A stretch of 64,000 bases of DNA. Origin: Cyanobacteria bacterium P01_F01_bin.150. GTDB lineage: Bacteria > Cyanobacteriota > Cyanobacteriia > CAKZMO01. Position numbers and translations under genes: made by a program. Position 1 is the first letter of the stretch. Each line of letters starts with the position of its first letter. The stretch is taken from assembly GCA_039189765.1 (NCBI GenBank), contig JBCCYL010000029.1, positions 1 to 64,000 of the forward strand, in the 5' to 3' direction. Positions 31,655 through 40,739 of this stretch are shown piece after piece. The notes under the pieces were generated by a model. The model saw nothing but the letters and a program-made list of their open reading frames with translations. It was not told the origin of the DNA and did no database searches.

Positions 31655-32665
31655 CTACTTTTTTTTGCCTCCAAAAAGACCAAACAATCCTCCACCCGAT
31701 TTATCCTTGCCTTTTGCTTTGACTGCTTTTTTCCCAGACGATGCTTTGTCTGAACGTTTAGCAGAACCTTTCTTCCCTTGAGCATTGATGACTGTATTAG
31801 AGCCTAATCGACGTAGCCCTGCTTGGGCAATTTCATCTCGGGGGTTGAGTTTTAGGGCTTGATTAAAATGAACCTTCGCCATTGTAGGTTGCTTATTCCT
31901 AAGATATATCGCTCCTAGACGACTATGGCACTCACTACTCTTAGGCTCAAATTTCAGCGCCTCCCGCATTTCCCGAATGGCTTCTGGAAATTTACCCAGT
32001 GACTCGTGGCTTCTCGCTCTTTCTAAATATCGATCGAGAATTTCTTGACGCGTTGGTTTTCTTCCTGGAGTGCGAATCGGAGGCGTCTTCTTTGCCGTTG
32101 CAGAAGTTGTAGAAGTTGCTGTAGATTCAGGCTCTTCATTGGGTTGAGAAGGCGGAGATGGAGTGGGGCGAGGTGCAGGCCCACCGTCCTGAGCCTGCTT
32201 CATTAGATAAACTAGATTTAATTCACTGATTTCTCCAATAATGTCAATAGTTTCAGCTAGTGAATCGTATTGCTTACCAGAGAGAGTGGTTAGTGATGAA
32301 TTATAAGATGATGCAAAATTATTGGTTCCTGCTAGCTGACGGGCTCCATCAGTGGTTAAAGAAATAGTTTCTTGCTGTTGACATGCCTGCTTTCCTTTTA
32401 ACTTTAGCAGTAACGCATACTCGGCTTGATCTTTCTCTTGCGTCAATTTTTCGTAGGCAGGATTGACGAGTTTAGAGAGCAGTTCGTTTGCTAGTTGGCG
32501 TTCAGCTTCAGTTTTAATAGCGGAACTATCAGGATGGAGTCGTCGGGCAATCTTGAGATATCGCTTACGGATATCTTTGGGCGATGCATCGACTGCCACG
32601 CCCAAAACAGCGTGGTGGTCTGTGAAATCATTACTAAATAATCCGCGTTCAATCTTCAAAGCCAT
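31655..32665 (-). CDS. J-domain protein with C-terminal TPR
   Basis: RRLHPD J motif; TPR-like helices. Confidence 0.85.
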   Translation of the reverse strand: MALKIERGLFSNDFTDHHAVLGVAVDASPKDIRKRYLKIARRLHPDSSAIKTEAERQLANELLSKLVNPAYEKLTQEKDQAEYALLLKLKGKQACQQQETISLTTDGARQLAGTNNFASSYNSSLTTLSGKQYDSLAETIDIIGEISELNLVYLMKQAQDGGPAPRPTPSPPSQPNEEPESTATSTTSATAKKTPPIRTPGRKPTRQEILDRYLERARSHESLGKFPEAIREMREALKFEPKSSECHSRLGAIYLRNKQPTMAKVHFNQALKLNPRDEIAQAGLRRLGSNTVINAQGKKGSAKRSDKASSGKKAVKAKGKDKSGGGLFGLFGGKKK

Positions 32666-32977
32666 GCCAGCGTCCAGGTACTTCTACGCTTGATTGTTTA
32701 ATAGTGTACTGTGTTAAATTACCACCCGTCACCTTGCCTGTGATGAAAGTAGTAGATTTTTCCATTCTTTATAAAATGGCTTTTCTTCCTTTACATTCTT
32801 GGGATGGTGAAGGCCGGACAAAATGACGGATCTATTCTGGAGTCTTATGCTTTTGTCAGATTCTCTTCTCAAGAGTAGATAGTGACTTCGAGGCCCAGCA
32901 TTTTGGTCGATCGGTTAAGGACTTTGGGAACAAGAGCTTTGAATGCGAATGGAATAGGCTCACGTGTCTCCAATCCT

Positions 32978-33811
32978 TTAGGAAAATTCGCTTAATGGTT
33001 GAACTGTACCCAAGATTTCGCTCATTCTATTGTGAATCTGGCCATTAGTTGCCAGAATGCGCCCCGACATAATGTTGAACTCGCTTGAATTATAGGCAGT
33101 GACTTGCCCGCCAGCTTCTTCCACAAGAATAGCTCCGGCCACTAAATCCCAAGGGGAAAGCCCCCTTTCCCAGTATCCATCTAGATAACCTCTGGCTACA
33201 TGAGTTAAATCAATGGCTGCAGACCCGGAACGGCGAACACCTCGGGTGAGATGGGTTAAGTGACAAAATTCTGCGTAGTTATTGTCTTGAGTTTCTCGAC
33301 GGTCATATGCAAATCCAGTAACCAATAGGCTGTCCTTTAGTTGCTGAGTGGTCGATACGCAAATAGGACGACGATTGCAGGTGGCACCTAATCCTTTGGC
33401 TGCTCGAAAAAGCTCATGATGTGATGGATCATAAATAACGCCTAAAGTGGGTTTTCCATTGATCAGCAGACCAATGGAAACTGCAAAGAAGGGATACTGA
33501 TGGGCATAGTTGGTTGTACCGTCTAAGGGATCAATTGCCCACTGATACTTACTATTAGAGTCACCATATAGTCCAGATTCTTCTGCCAAGACAGCGTGGT
33601 CTGGGACATGCCGATTGAGAATTTCTAAGATAGCAGCTTCAGATGTTTTATCTGCAACAGTGACTAAGTCACCCGGACGTCCCTTTTCTTCAATACTGGT
33701 TAATTTACCCCGATAGTCTTGTAATATCGCACCTGCAGCCAGTGCCGCTTCTGAAGCAATGTCAAGCAATATATGAAGTTCTTTAGGCGAAGGCGTTGAC
33801 TGGGTTGACAT
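32978..33811 (-). CDS. suhB: Inositol monophosphatase family protein
   Basis: DLVT.AD, WAIDPLDGTTNY, WDLVAG. Confidence 0.85.
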   Translation of the reverse strand: MSTQSTPSPKELHILLDIASEAALAAGAILQDYRGKLTSIEEKGRPGDLVTVADKTSEAAILEILNRHVPDHAVLAEESGLYGDSNSKYQWAIDPLDGTTNYAHQYPFFAVSIGLLINGKPTLGVIYDPSHHELFRAAKGLGATCNRRPICVSTTQQLKDSLLVTGFAYDRRETQDNNYAEFCHLTHLTRGVRRSGSAAIDLTHVARGYLDGYWERGLSPWDLVAGAILVEEAGGQVTAYNSSEFNIMSGRILATNGQIHNRMSEILGTVQPLSEFS

Positions 33812-33897
33812 GAAGCATTAATGGATAGGGTTGAAAATTTAACGCAAATAAAATGTGAGCGACAAGTGAGCATGATGCTAGCGAAGACCCTGAAATC

Positions 33898-34521
33898 TTA
33901 CTTTTTCTGTTGCCAAAACTCATAGGGAGTTTGGCGTAGAGGCTGGTTTGGATTCCAAATGCCAAGGCCAAGAACACGGGCGCGGTGTTGGGCGTGGGCA
34001 AATTGCTGAGCGTAATCGATGTAAGGCGATTGCCCATCCTCCAAGACCACACCCTCTGCAATTAAAGTGAGATTGACTAACTGCCCATCTAACCATACGT
34101 AAGCCCATTGACGTTCGTATGGGTCTGAGGAATCTACCTCTTTGCCATTATTTCTATGGCCTCGATCACTAAAACTAAGCTGTATCGTTTGACCTAGCAA
34201 TAGATCTTCCAAATAATTCTGTGCGTCAGCGCCCCAAGGTTCTTGCCCATAGGCAGGAGATTGAACGCCGATTAGTCGAATGGTCTGGTTGAGGGTTTGA
34301 TTGCTCCCATGCAATTGAACCTCAATGCTTTGCCCACTGACCACACGGGTAACGCGGGCACTAACAATGGCCTCCCGATCGTTTTTGACATTAGAAACAC
34401 GGGGGGTCCCATCGATAGCTCTGACAGGATGGATTGCTTGACAACTGGACGTGATCAATCCGAGCAGCATAAGCAAGGCCGCGGATTTAGCTTTTATCTT
34501 ACGGTCTTGCCCATGCCTCAT
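33898..34521 (-). CDS. Thermonuclease (SNase) family lipoprotein, divergent
   Basis: Lipobox-like TSSC; IRLIGV.SP, DPYERQWAYVW, GLGIW; the usual DGDT motif reads SGQS. Confidence 0.8.
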   Translation of the reverse strand: MRHGQDRKIKAKSAALLMLLGLITSSCQAIHPVRAIDGTPRVSNVKNDREAIVSARVTRVVSGQSIEVQLHGSNQTLNQTIRLIGVQSPAYGQEPWGADAQNYLEDLLLGQTIQLSFSDRGHRNNGKEVDSSDPYERQWAYVWLDGQLVNLTLIAEGVVLEDGQSPYIDYAQQFAHAQHRARVLGLGIWNPNQPLRQTPYEFWQQKK

Positions 34522-34571
34522 TTTCTGGCGCCTACCAGGTGATTATAGAACTAATGGCCTAATCTCTCAGC

Positions 34572-34937
34572 TTACTCTTCGTCTAGAGGTAATCCTCGAG
34601 TTACCTTCCCTTTCCCAAAGTAGCGCCCAAATTGTAGCTCATAGACTTCATCTTCGTCTTGGGTCTCTACCTGGAGATCAGAACGCGCATAGCTGACACA
34701 CAATAATGCATACCCTTGCGCTTGTAGTTCCTGTGAGAGCCCCATTGCTTCTGGCTGGACTAAATCACCAGACTTTACTCGTACTGCACAAGTGGTACAA
34801 GCACCGTTGCGACAGGAAAAGGGTAAGTCAACCCCTTCATGCTCAACGCTATGAAGAACATAGTTGTCGTCCGGAACATTTATGGAGTATTCAGTTTGTT
34901 TTTGGCGGTTGAGAATCTTAATTTTGTGGGATTTCAT
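34572..34937 (-). CDS. 2Fe-2S ferredoxin with C-terminal extension (Fed2/FdC2-like)
   Basis: CRNGACTTC...LLC; EDEVYELQFG tail. Confidence 0.9.
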   Translation of the reverse strand: MKSHKIKILNRQKQTEYSINVPDDNYVLHSVEHEGVDLPFSCRNGACTTCAVRVKSGDLVQPEAMGLSQELQAQGYALLCVSYARSDLQVETQDEDEVYELQFGRYFGKGKVTRGLPLDEE

Positions 34938-35322
34938 AGTGCTTTTAGTAGTGACAGACAGTCCACATTTCGTCTGCTGTTTTACCCTGAAACAGGATGG
35001 AACAGTGAAGTGATAAATCTTAGTCTAAGGGGTTTCTAGCTTCAGAGATCCCTTAGTTAAGAATGACTACCAATTAGCATCATCCTTTACTAAGAAACAT
35101 TTCGGTTTTAAGAATGATCTGTATTTCTAAATGTAGCTATAAGTCTTTTCCCTTAAGGCTTTAAGGCTGCTTAGCTAATTCCTAATGATATTTATTACAG
35201 TGTGTTGCAAATTTTAGTAAAATTCGAATTATGATTTTTTCGAAATGTGTGTCTATCGTTCCCATAACCTGCTAATATACATAGGCGCTGAGAAGGCCAT
35301 AATCAGTTGTCAAACATATATT

Positions 35323-35410
35323 GGAGAAGTGGCCGAGTGGTTGAAGGCGCAGCATTGGAAATGCTGTTTACTCTAACCGGGTAACGAGGGTTCGAATCCC
35401 TCCTTCTCCG
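35323..35410 (+). tRNA. tRNA-Ser (GGA)
   Basis: GGAGAAG/CTTCTCC acceptor stem, CAGCA-TTGGAAA-TGCTG anticodon arm, long variable arm, GGTTCGAATCC. Confidence 0.95.
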
Positions 35411-35503
35411 TTGTCAAGATTAGTTAATCGATTTTTGGGGAACACTTTAGCACCCCAGAAATCGGACACGCTGCACTGGTTTGACTGGCAGCATCAGTGC
35501 TGC

Positions 35504-37285
35504 TTATCCATCCGATGCTGTATTTGGCTGCTGGATAAACAGTCGTTCTAGGCTCAGAGATGCGACACAAACAGTGACTAAGATGATTCCCATCCATTGA
35601 ATTGGCTCCAAATGAAAACGAGGTGTATTGGGCATCATGATCCAGCCTAAAAAAGCAGTGAGAGCTGGACCACTAGATGCAATGATCGATGCGCGTGCAG
35701 CTCCCATGTAGCGAATCCCAAAATTGTTGAAAAGGTAGCCCAGTAAGGTTAGTGCGCCCAGAATTAATGCACCCAGAAATAGTCCTCCTGTACTTGAAAT
35801 CATTGTTTTTTCAGGCGCTGCAGGGCGAAGAATGAGGCTGAAACTGGTGAGTACGAAAATGGTAAAGAATTGAATAACGCTTACCGGAACTGGATGTAGC
35901 TTTTGAAAGCTAAGCTGCATAGAAATGAGATAGAAAGCGAAAAATAGGCCAGAGAGTAAAGCAATTCCAATCCCCAGTAAACTGGCGCTGCCTTGGGTTT
36001 GGAAATTAGATAAGTCTAGATCGGCCGCCAGCACAATTCCGAAAAACACCCCAGTCAAGACAAACCAGCGCAGAGGAGTAGGCTGATCGTTAAAAAAGAA
36101 CCAGGCCAAAGGAACCGTGACAATCGGATACATAAAAAGAAGTGTCACTGCGACGCCTGGACCCACATTGCCAATGGCAATGTAGATTAAAATTTGCGAT
36201 AGGAAAAGAAATCCTCCGCTACCAATGACTGTTCCTAACATCTTTGGGTCCCAGTTATGAAAGAACGATTTAATCTTGCTCCATGCTGGTGGATACAAGA
36301 ACCCTGCGATACCTGCCATTAGAGGGACAACGATTAGCATTCGTAACCATAGGAGGATGAGGGAACTGTCTAATGACATCAAGTTAATAACGCCACCAAC
36401 TTCAGGCAACACACCAAACAATCGACTTTTTGCGCCAATAACGCCAACGGCAACATTGTGAAGTGAAAGCGCAAAGGTGGAAAACAGCACTAACACTAGA
36501 CCTAGCTGGAAATGAGAAAGATTTAGCTGCTCTGCTAAGCGCTGTACAAACGGAGTGGGCGGTTTACGTGGGGGAGTAGAGGGAGAGAGAGGAGGATTCT
36601 CTGTCAACGATGTAAACTCGCTTGCTGGGCTTGATTCTTGAGGTGGGTGTTCACCTGAATCGGGAAACTGAGTTCTTAGACGCGTCACTAGTTGGCCTAG
36701 AAGAACTTCCCCTTGAGATTCTGCACTTTTGGCTTGGCTGATTTGATAAATCAGAGGATTATTAGTTTGGCCTAAATCCTGTTGTAAAGAGCCTAAAGCT
36801 GTGTTGAGTTTGTTGTTGAGTACAGCTAACGCCGTTTGAGTAGCAGGATCAGAGTGGGAATATAAGGCATTTGGAACTGGGGATGTTTTGCCTACGCCGA
36901 AATATGATGGGTTTGTTGGTAGGGGAACCCCATAAATGCTATTGCTCTGAACACTATTTTGATCAATTTTTTGGGCTAGTAGGACATAGAGGCGAGTGGC
37001 GAGTGCTTCGGCTAGCTGTTTGGCCCAAATTTTTTGTTGGGCTATTTGCTGCTGCGATAGTTCTAGCTGTTGCTGAGTTTGTAATGACTGCTGTTCGCGT
37101 TTGAGTTCGTTGATTGCGGTCAGTAGCTCTACTTTTTCAGCTTGAAGCCTCCCTACATCAGCGGTTAATTGACCTACCAAATCTTTCTGAAAGGTTTGAA
37201 GATTCTGTTTAATTTCTGCGAGTAGTTGGTCCGAAACCGTTTGATTGGATGTCGGAGGGTTAGGTAGATCATTTGATAACCCCAT
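35504..37285 (-). CDS. sepJ: SepJ-like septal protein: coiled coil, Pro/Ser linker, EamA/DMT permease
   Basis: Gln-rich N-terminal coiled coil (QKIWAKQLAEALA), linker, about 10 TM helices of DMT type. Confidence 0.7.
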   Translation of the reverse strand: MGLSNDLPNPPTSNQTVSDQLLAEIKQNLQTFQKDLVGQLTADVGRLQAEKVELLTAINELKREQQSLQTQQQLELSQQQIAQQKIWAKQLAEALATRLYVLLAQKIDQNSVQSNSIYGVPLPTNPSYFGVGKTSPVPNALYSHSDPATQTALAVLNNKLNTALGSLQQDLGQTNNPLIYQISQAKSAESQGEVLLGQLVTRLRTQFPDSGEHPPQESSPASEFTSLTENPPLSPSTPPRKPPTPFVQRLAEQLNLSHFQLGLVLVLFSTFALSLHNVAVGVIGAKSRLFGVLPEVGGVINLMSLDSSLILLWLRMLIVVPLMAGIAGFLYPPAWSKIKSFFHNWDPKMLGTVIGSGGFLFLSQILIYIAIGNVGPGVAVTLLFMYPIVTVPLAWFFFNDQPTPLRWFVLTGVFFGIVLAADLDLSNFQTQGSASLLGIGIALLSGLFFAFYLISMQLSFQKLHPVPVSVIQFFTIFVLTSFSLILRPAAPEKTMISSTGGLFLGALILGALTLLGYLFNNFGIRYMGAARASIIASSGPALTAFLGWIMMPNTPRFHLEPIQWMGIILVTVCVASLSLERLFIQQPNTASDG

Positions 37286-37648
37286 GCTGCTGGCTCCTCA
37301 ATCGTGTCAATAGTTATCACAGGTCCCAAAACCATTTTCTCTTCCCTGCATCAGAGAGAAAGGCAGAAAATTAGAGCACATTTATGTATTCGTCTCTGAA
37401 TTATTGCTCGGTTTTACTTTCCTCTGAAAGAGGTTTTAAGGAATAAGGTCGTGGGAGACATTTATTTTAGCGATCGCTACCCGTCAATTAACCTTAGACT
37501 GGGCTTCAACACGACTAAATGTAATGAATCTATAGAGTAGGACTCCACAGACTGCGATCGCCACTGCCCAGAGTCTACCCACATACAAGTCTCAACCACC
37601 ATCACCATAGAGAGTGGAGACCCTACATACAGGTTACTCAATGCAACG

Positions 37649-37741
37649 TATACGTTGCACGGCTAGGTGCTGGACTTTTTATGAGATGTGTCCTCCGCGC
37701 AGAGGGGGACACACCTCTAAATCTCAGCCGTTGGCAGTATA
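37649..37741 (+). mobile_element. ~90-bp MITE-like element, family B, copy 1
   Basis: TATA...GCACGGCTAGGTGCTGGA...AAATCTCAGCCGTTGGCAGTATA, shared with 38524 and 45844. Confidence 0.75.
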
Positions 37742-37937
37742 TGCTATGGGGCAAAATGAAGGTAAAACCGAAGATTCATCAGAATGCAAGACATGCGGAT
37801 GTAATCCTCTTACTGCCTGTTGTGCTTGATCGCTGTCGGGAAAAAGATCAGGCTATGATGAAAATCTATAGGTCCCTGATAACATTGTCCCCGTCAGTGT
37901 TTATTCCGTTCTACTTTGCTGTAGAACTTATGGTTGA

Positions 37938-38519
37938 TTGAATAATGGTTGGACAGTCATGGGTCATCAGATTGAATCAAGCACTAATACGAGGATTCAT
38001 GTTGATGTCGATTTTTTGTATCGCCAAGGCGAAAGCTTGGCAAATTTAGGGCGTCACGCAGATGCTTTAGCTGCTTTTGATCAGGCGATTGCAGTTTATC
38101 CAAAGATGACTCAGTCTGCTAATCCTCATAAACTAGCTGGCCTCTGGGTGTTTCGGGCTGTGGTCTTGCTTCATCTCCAATCCTATGATGATGCTTTAAT
38201 CTCATGCGATCGCGCTCTGGATTTAGAACCTAGAAATATAGAAGCCTTAGTCTTTCGAGGCGTTGCTCTTAATTATTTGGGGCGTTACCAGGATAGTTAT
38301 GCCAGTTATGCCAACGCAATGGGCTTAGCAAATCCGCAGAAAACCTATGACGAATATTCGTTGCTTAGTGTTTTATCTGGCACAAAAATTAAGGCACAGA
38401 TAGGAGCATTATCAAGAGCTGCTCTGCCCTTCTTTCAACGATTCCTGTTGCAGAATCAATTTAGATTTAGACTGCGTAGATTTTGGTGCCGCCTTAAACA
38501 ATTAAAGTTTCGTCATTAA
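37938..38519 (+). CDS. TPR repeat protein
   Basis: LANLGRHADALAAFDQAI, SYDDALISCDRALDL, LNYLGRYQDS TPR motifs. Confidence 0.8.
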   Translation: MNNGWTVMGHQIESSTNTRIHVDVDFLYRQGESLANLGRHADALAAFDQAIAVYPKMTQSANPHKLAGLWVFRAVVLLHLQSYDDALISCDRALDLEPRNIEALVFRGVALNYLGRYQDSYASYANAMGLANPQKTYDEYSLLSVLSGTKIKAQIGALSRAALPFFQRFLLQNQFRFRLRRFWCRLKQLKFRH

Positions 38520-38523
38520 CGCT

Positions 38524-38615
38524 TATATTCTGCACGGCTAGGTGCTGGATTTTTATGAGGTATGTCCCCCGCGCAGAGGGGGACATACCTCCAAATCTCA
38601 GCCGTTGGCAGTATA
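38524..38615 (+). mobile_element. ~90-bp MITE-like element, family B, copy 2 (overlaps the panC-cmk 3' end)
   Basis: Same element; 14-bp stem GAGGTATGTCCCCC/GGGGGACATACCTC. Confidence 0.75.
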
Positions 38616-40322
38616 AGTCTCTTCTTGTAAGCATTGACGGTAAAGCTCGGCGATCCGATGAGTCACGTCTTCAATTGTCATCTCATCGGTCTGAATTTCG
38701 ATTGCATCTATCGCTCTTCTCAGTGGAGCGATAGCCCTTGTACTATCTTGATAATCCCGCTGGCGAATGGCTTGTTCCAGCTCTTGCAAGTTAATGTCAG
38801 TGTAGCCTTGATGTTCTAAATCTCGTTGACGACGACGTGCTCGCTCTGTTGGTGTTGCCGTTAGGAAGACTTTTAATTCGGCGTCTGGGAACACATGGGT
38901 ACCGATATCACGGCCATCTAAAATAATGCCCCCTCTTCGTCCTTGGGCCTGTTGCTGCTTGACTAATGCTTGGCGCACAGCGCCCTGAGCGGCCACGGCA
39001 GATACGTTTGCCGTTACTTCTGGAGTTCGAATTGCCTGAGTAACGTCTTGATTATTGACCCAAACCTGACATGGAATCGCTTGAGTCGGATCGGCTGGTT
39101 GCTGCTGGTCAGCCAGCAACTTAATTCGACACTGGCTGGTTAATTCAGCAATGGCTGGCTGATCCTGTAGATCGACCTTTGATTGCAGTACCAGCCAGGT
39201 TACCGCCCGATACATTGCGCCAGTGTCTAGATATAGAAGGTCGAGCATTCGAGACACTTGGCGAGCCACAGTGGATTTTCCTGCCCCGGCGGGTCCATCT
39301 AAAGCAATAATCGGACGGCGACTCTGAAGCAAACAATTGTCGATTAAGCGAGTGTCGCCTATGCGAGCAGCGATCGCCAATAGTCCACTGGTATCAATGC
39401 TCTCTAACGGCTTGAGAGTATGTGGATGGACCAGTTCCACATATTCTAATTCCACTTCTGGTATGGTGGCGACAACTGTTGTCACTGTGTTAATTAAGGC
39501 ATAACCATTATGTTCCCCTTGCAGAAAGAGCGATTCCGCTTGTTTTAAGCTGCGGTGAAGAATAGTGGCCTTTTCTTTTTGGTCGGCAGAAAGGTATTGA
39601 TTTCGAGAACTCAGAGCTAAACCATTCTCTGCTCTCACAATTGGACACCCGATTACTTCTACGGGTAACTTTAAGTCTTGAACCAGCCGTTTAAGAATGG
39701 CGATCTGCTGAGCATCTTTATTGCCGAAATAAGCTCGATTAGGCTGGACTAAATTCAGTAAACGGGTAACAACAGTGGCCACACCTTCAAAATGGCCCGG
39801 TCGAGTACGACCACACATGACTGCCATCATTGCTGTGGGCGGCAATACTTGCGTTACATCATTCGCATCCGGTAAAACGCCCGATGTATGATACAGCTCC
39901 CGAATTGAAGGCGCAAAGATTGCATCTACCCCCGCTGCTTGGCACAGGTCGCGATCGCGTTCCAGGGTGCGAGGATATTCATGCAGGTCTTCATTGGGAC
40001 CAAATTGCAAGGGATTGACAAAAATACTAACAACCACCAGCTCATTTTCTTGCCGTGCGCGCTGAATTAAGCTCAGATGTCCGTCATGCAGCGCACCCAT
40101 TGTGGGTACTAGGCCAATGGTAAATCTTGCATGCTCCGAGCGATCGCCTGATGAATCGTCAGATGATTGCCTATCTTCTATCCGGTCTTGACTCGCAATG
40201 TCTTCATCTGATTCTTGCGGTGATTGAGTCTGCGGTAATGGCAAATGAAAGGGCTGCTTTTGGGTTCGACTGAGGGAGAGATACTGATGAAGCCCTGCGA
40301 CTGTGGTGAACAAATAAACCAA
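38598..40322 (-). CDS. panC: Bifunctional pantoate-beta-alanine ligase / cytidylate kinase
   Basis: PTMGALHDGH, RPGHF.GV, LSSRN, RLIDN; then DGPAGAGKST, DTGAMYR, DGRDIGT. Confidence 0.95.
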   Translation of the reverse strand: MVYLFTTVAGLHQYLSLSRTQKQPFHLPLPQTQSPQESDEDIASQDRIEDRQSSDDSSGDRSEHARFTIGLVPTMGALHDGHLSLIQRARQENELVVVSIFVNPLQFGPNEDLHEYPRTLERDRDLCQAAGVDAIFAPSIRELYHTSGVLPDANDVTQVLPPTAMMAVMCGRTRPGHFEGVATVVTRLLNLVQPNRAYFGNKDAQQIAILKRLVQDLKLPVEVIGCPIVRAENGLALSSRNQYLSADQKEKATILHRSLKQAESLFLQGEHNGYALINTVTTVVATIPEVELEYVELVHPHTLKPLESIDTSGLLAIAARIGDTRLIDNCLLQSRRPIIALDGPAGAGKSTVARQVSRMLDLLYLDTGAMYRAVTWLVLQSKVDLQDQPAIAELTSQCRIKLLADQQQPADPTQAIPCQVWVNNQDVTQAIRTPEVTANVSAVAAQGAVRQALVKQQQAQGRRGGIILDGRDIGTHVFPDAELKVFLTATPTERARRRQRDLEHQGYTDINLQELEQAIRQRDYQDSTRAIAPLRRAIDAIEIQTDEMTIEDVTHRIAELYRQCLQEETYTANG

Positions 40323-40432
40323 ATTTGTGCTGCTCCCTTACTGTACTCTTCATTTACTTGAGTTTGGCTGAATCACGCAATCTCGCCATTAATCAAAGCT
40401 TAGTTTACAAAATTCTGACCAGCCTTGTGTAT

Positions 40433-40512
40433 GGGTATCAACTTGAGGCGGGTAGTGTGGGCGTGGAGCGCCCACACTACCGTTGATTTGGTTTCGCCTT
40501 AACACGAAACCC
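40433..40512 (+). mobile_element. 80-bp MITE-like element, family A, with 8-bp target site duplication
   Basis: TTGTGTAT at 40425-40432 and 40513-40520; ends GGGTATCAACTTGAGGCG / CGCCTTAACACGAAACCC. Confidence 0.8.
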
Positions 40513-40739
40513 TTGTGTATTAACTTAGTCCTACGAAGGTCCTACTATCTGTGGTCATATTGGCTTACAAAATGCTGTCAGGAAAATGGTACGAAGAAAA
40601 GTATGACTCATCCGGAAGTGGTCCTTCGTCGATTGAAAAAAGTGTGGAGTTCTAGATTCATTATTCAGACTCCTCCAGAAACTCAGTCGTTAATCAGGGA
40701 ACTACCAGCCCAAACTTATATGGACAGGTATTAATACTG

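Noticed and set aside
37614..37941. Short ORFs 37614-37829 and 37681-37941
   Set aside because: They run through the family B repeat and have no protein motifs
35323..38615. tRNA-Ser as an integration site
   Set aside because: No integrase and no duplicated tRNA 3' end seen
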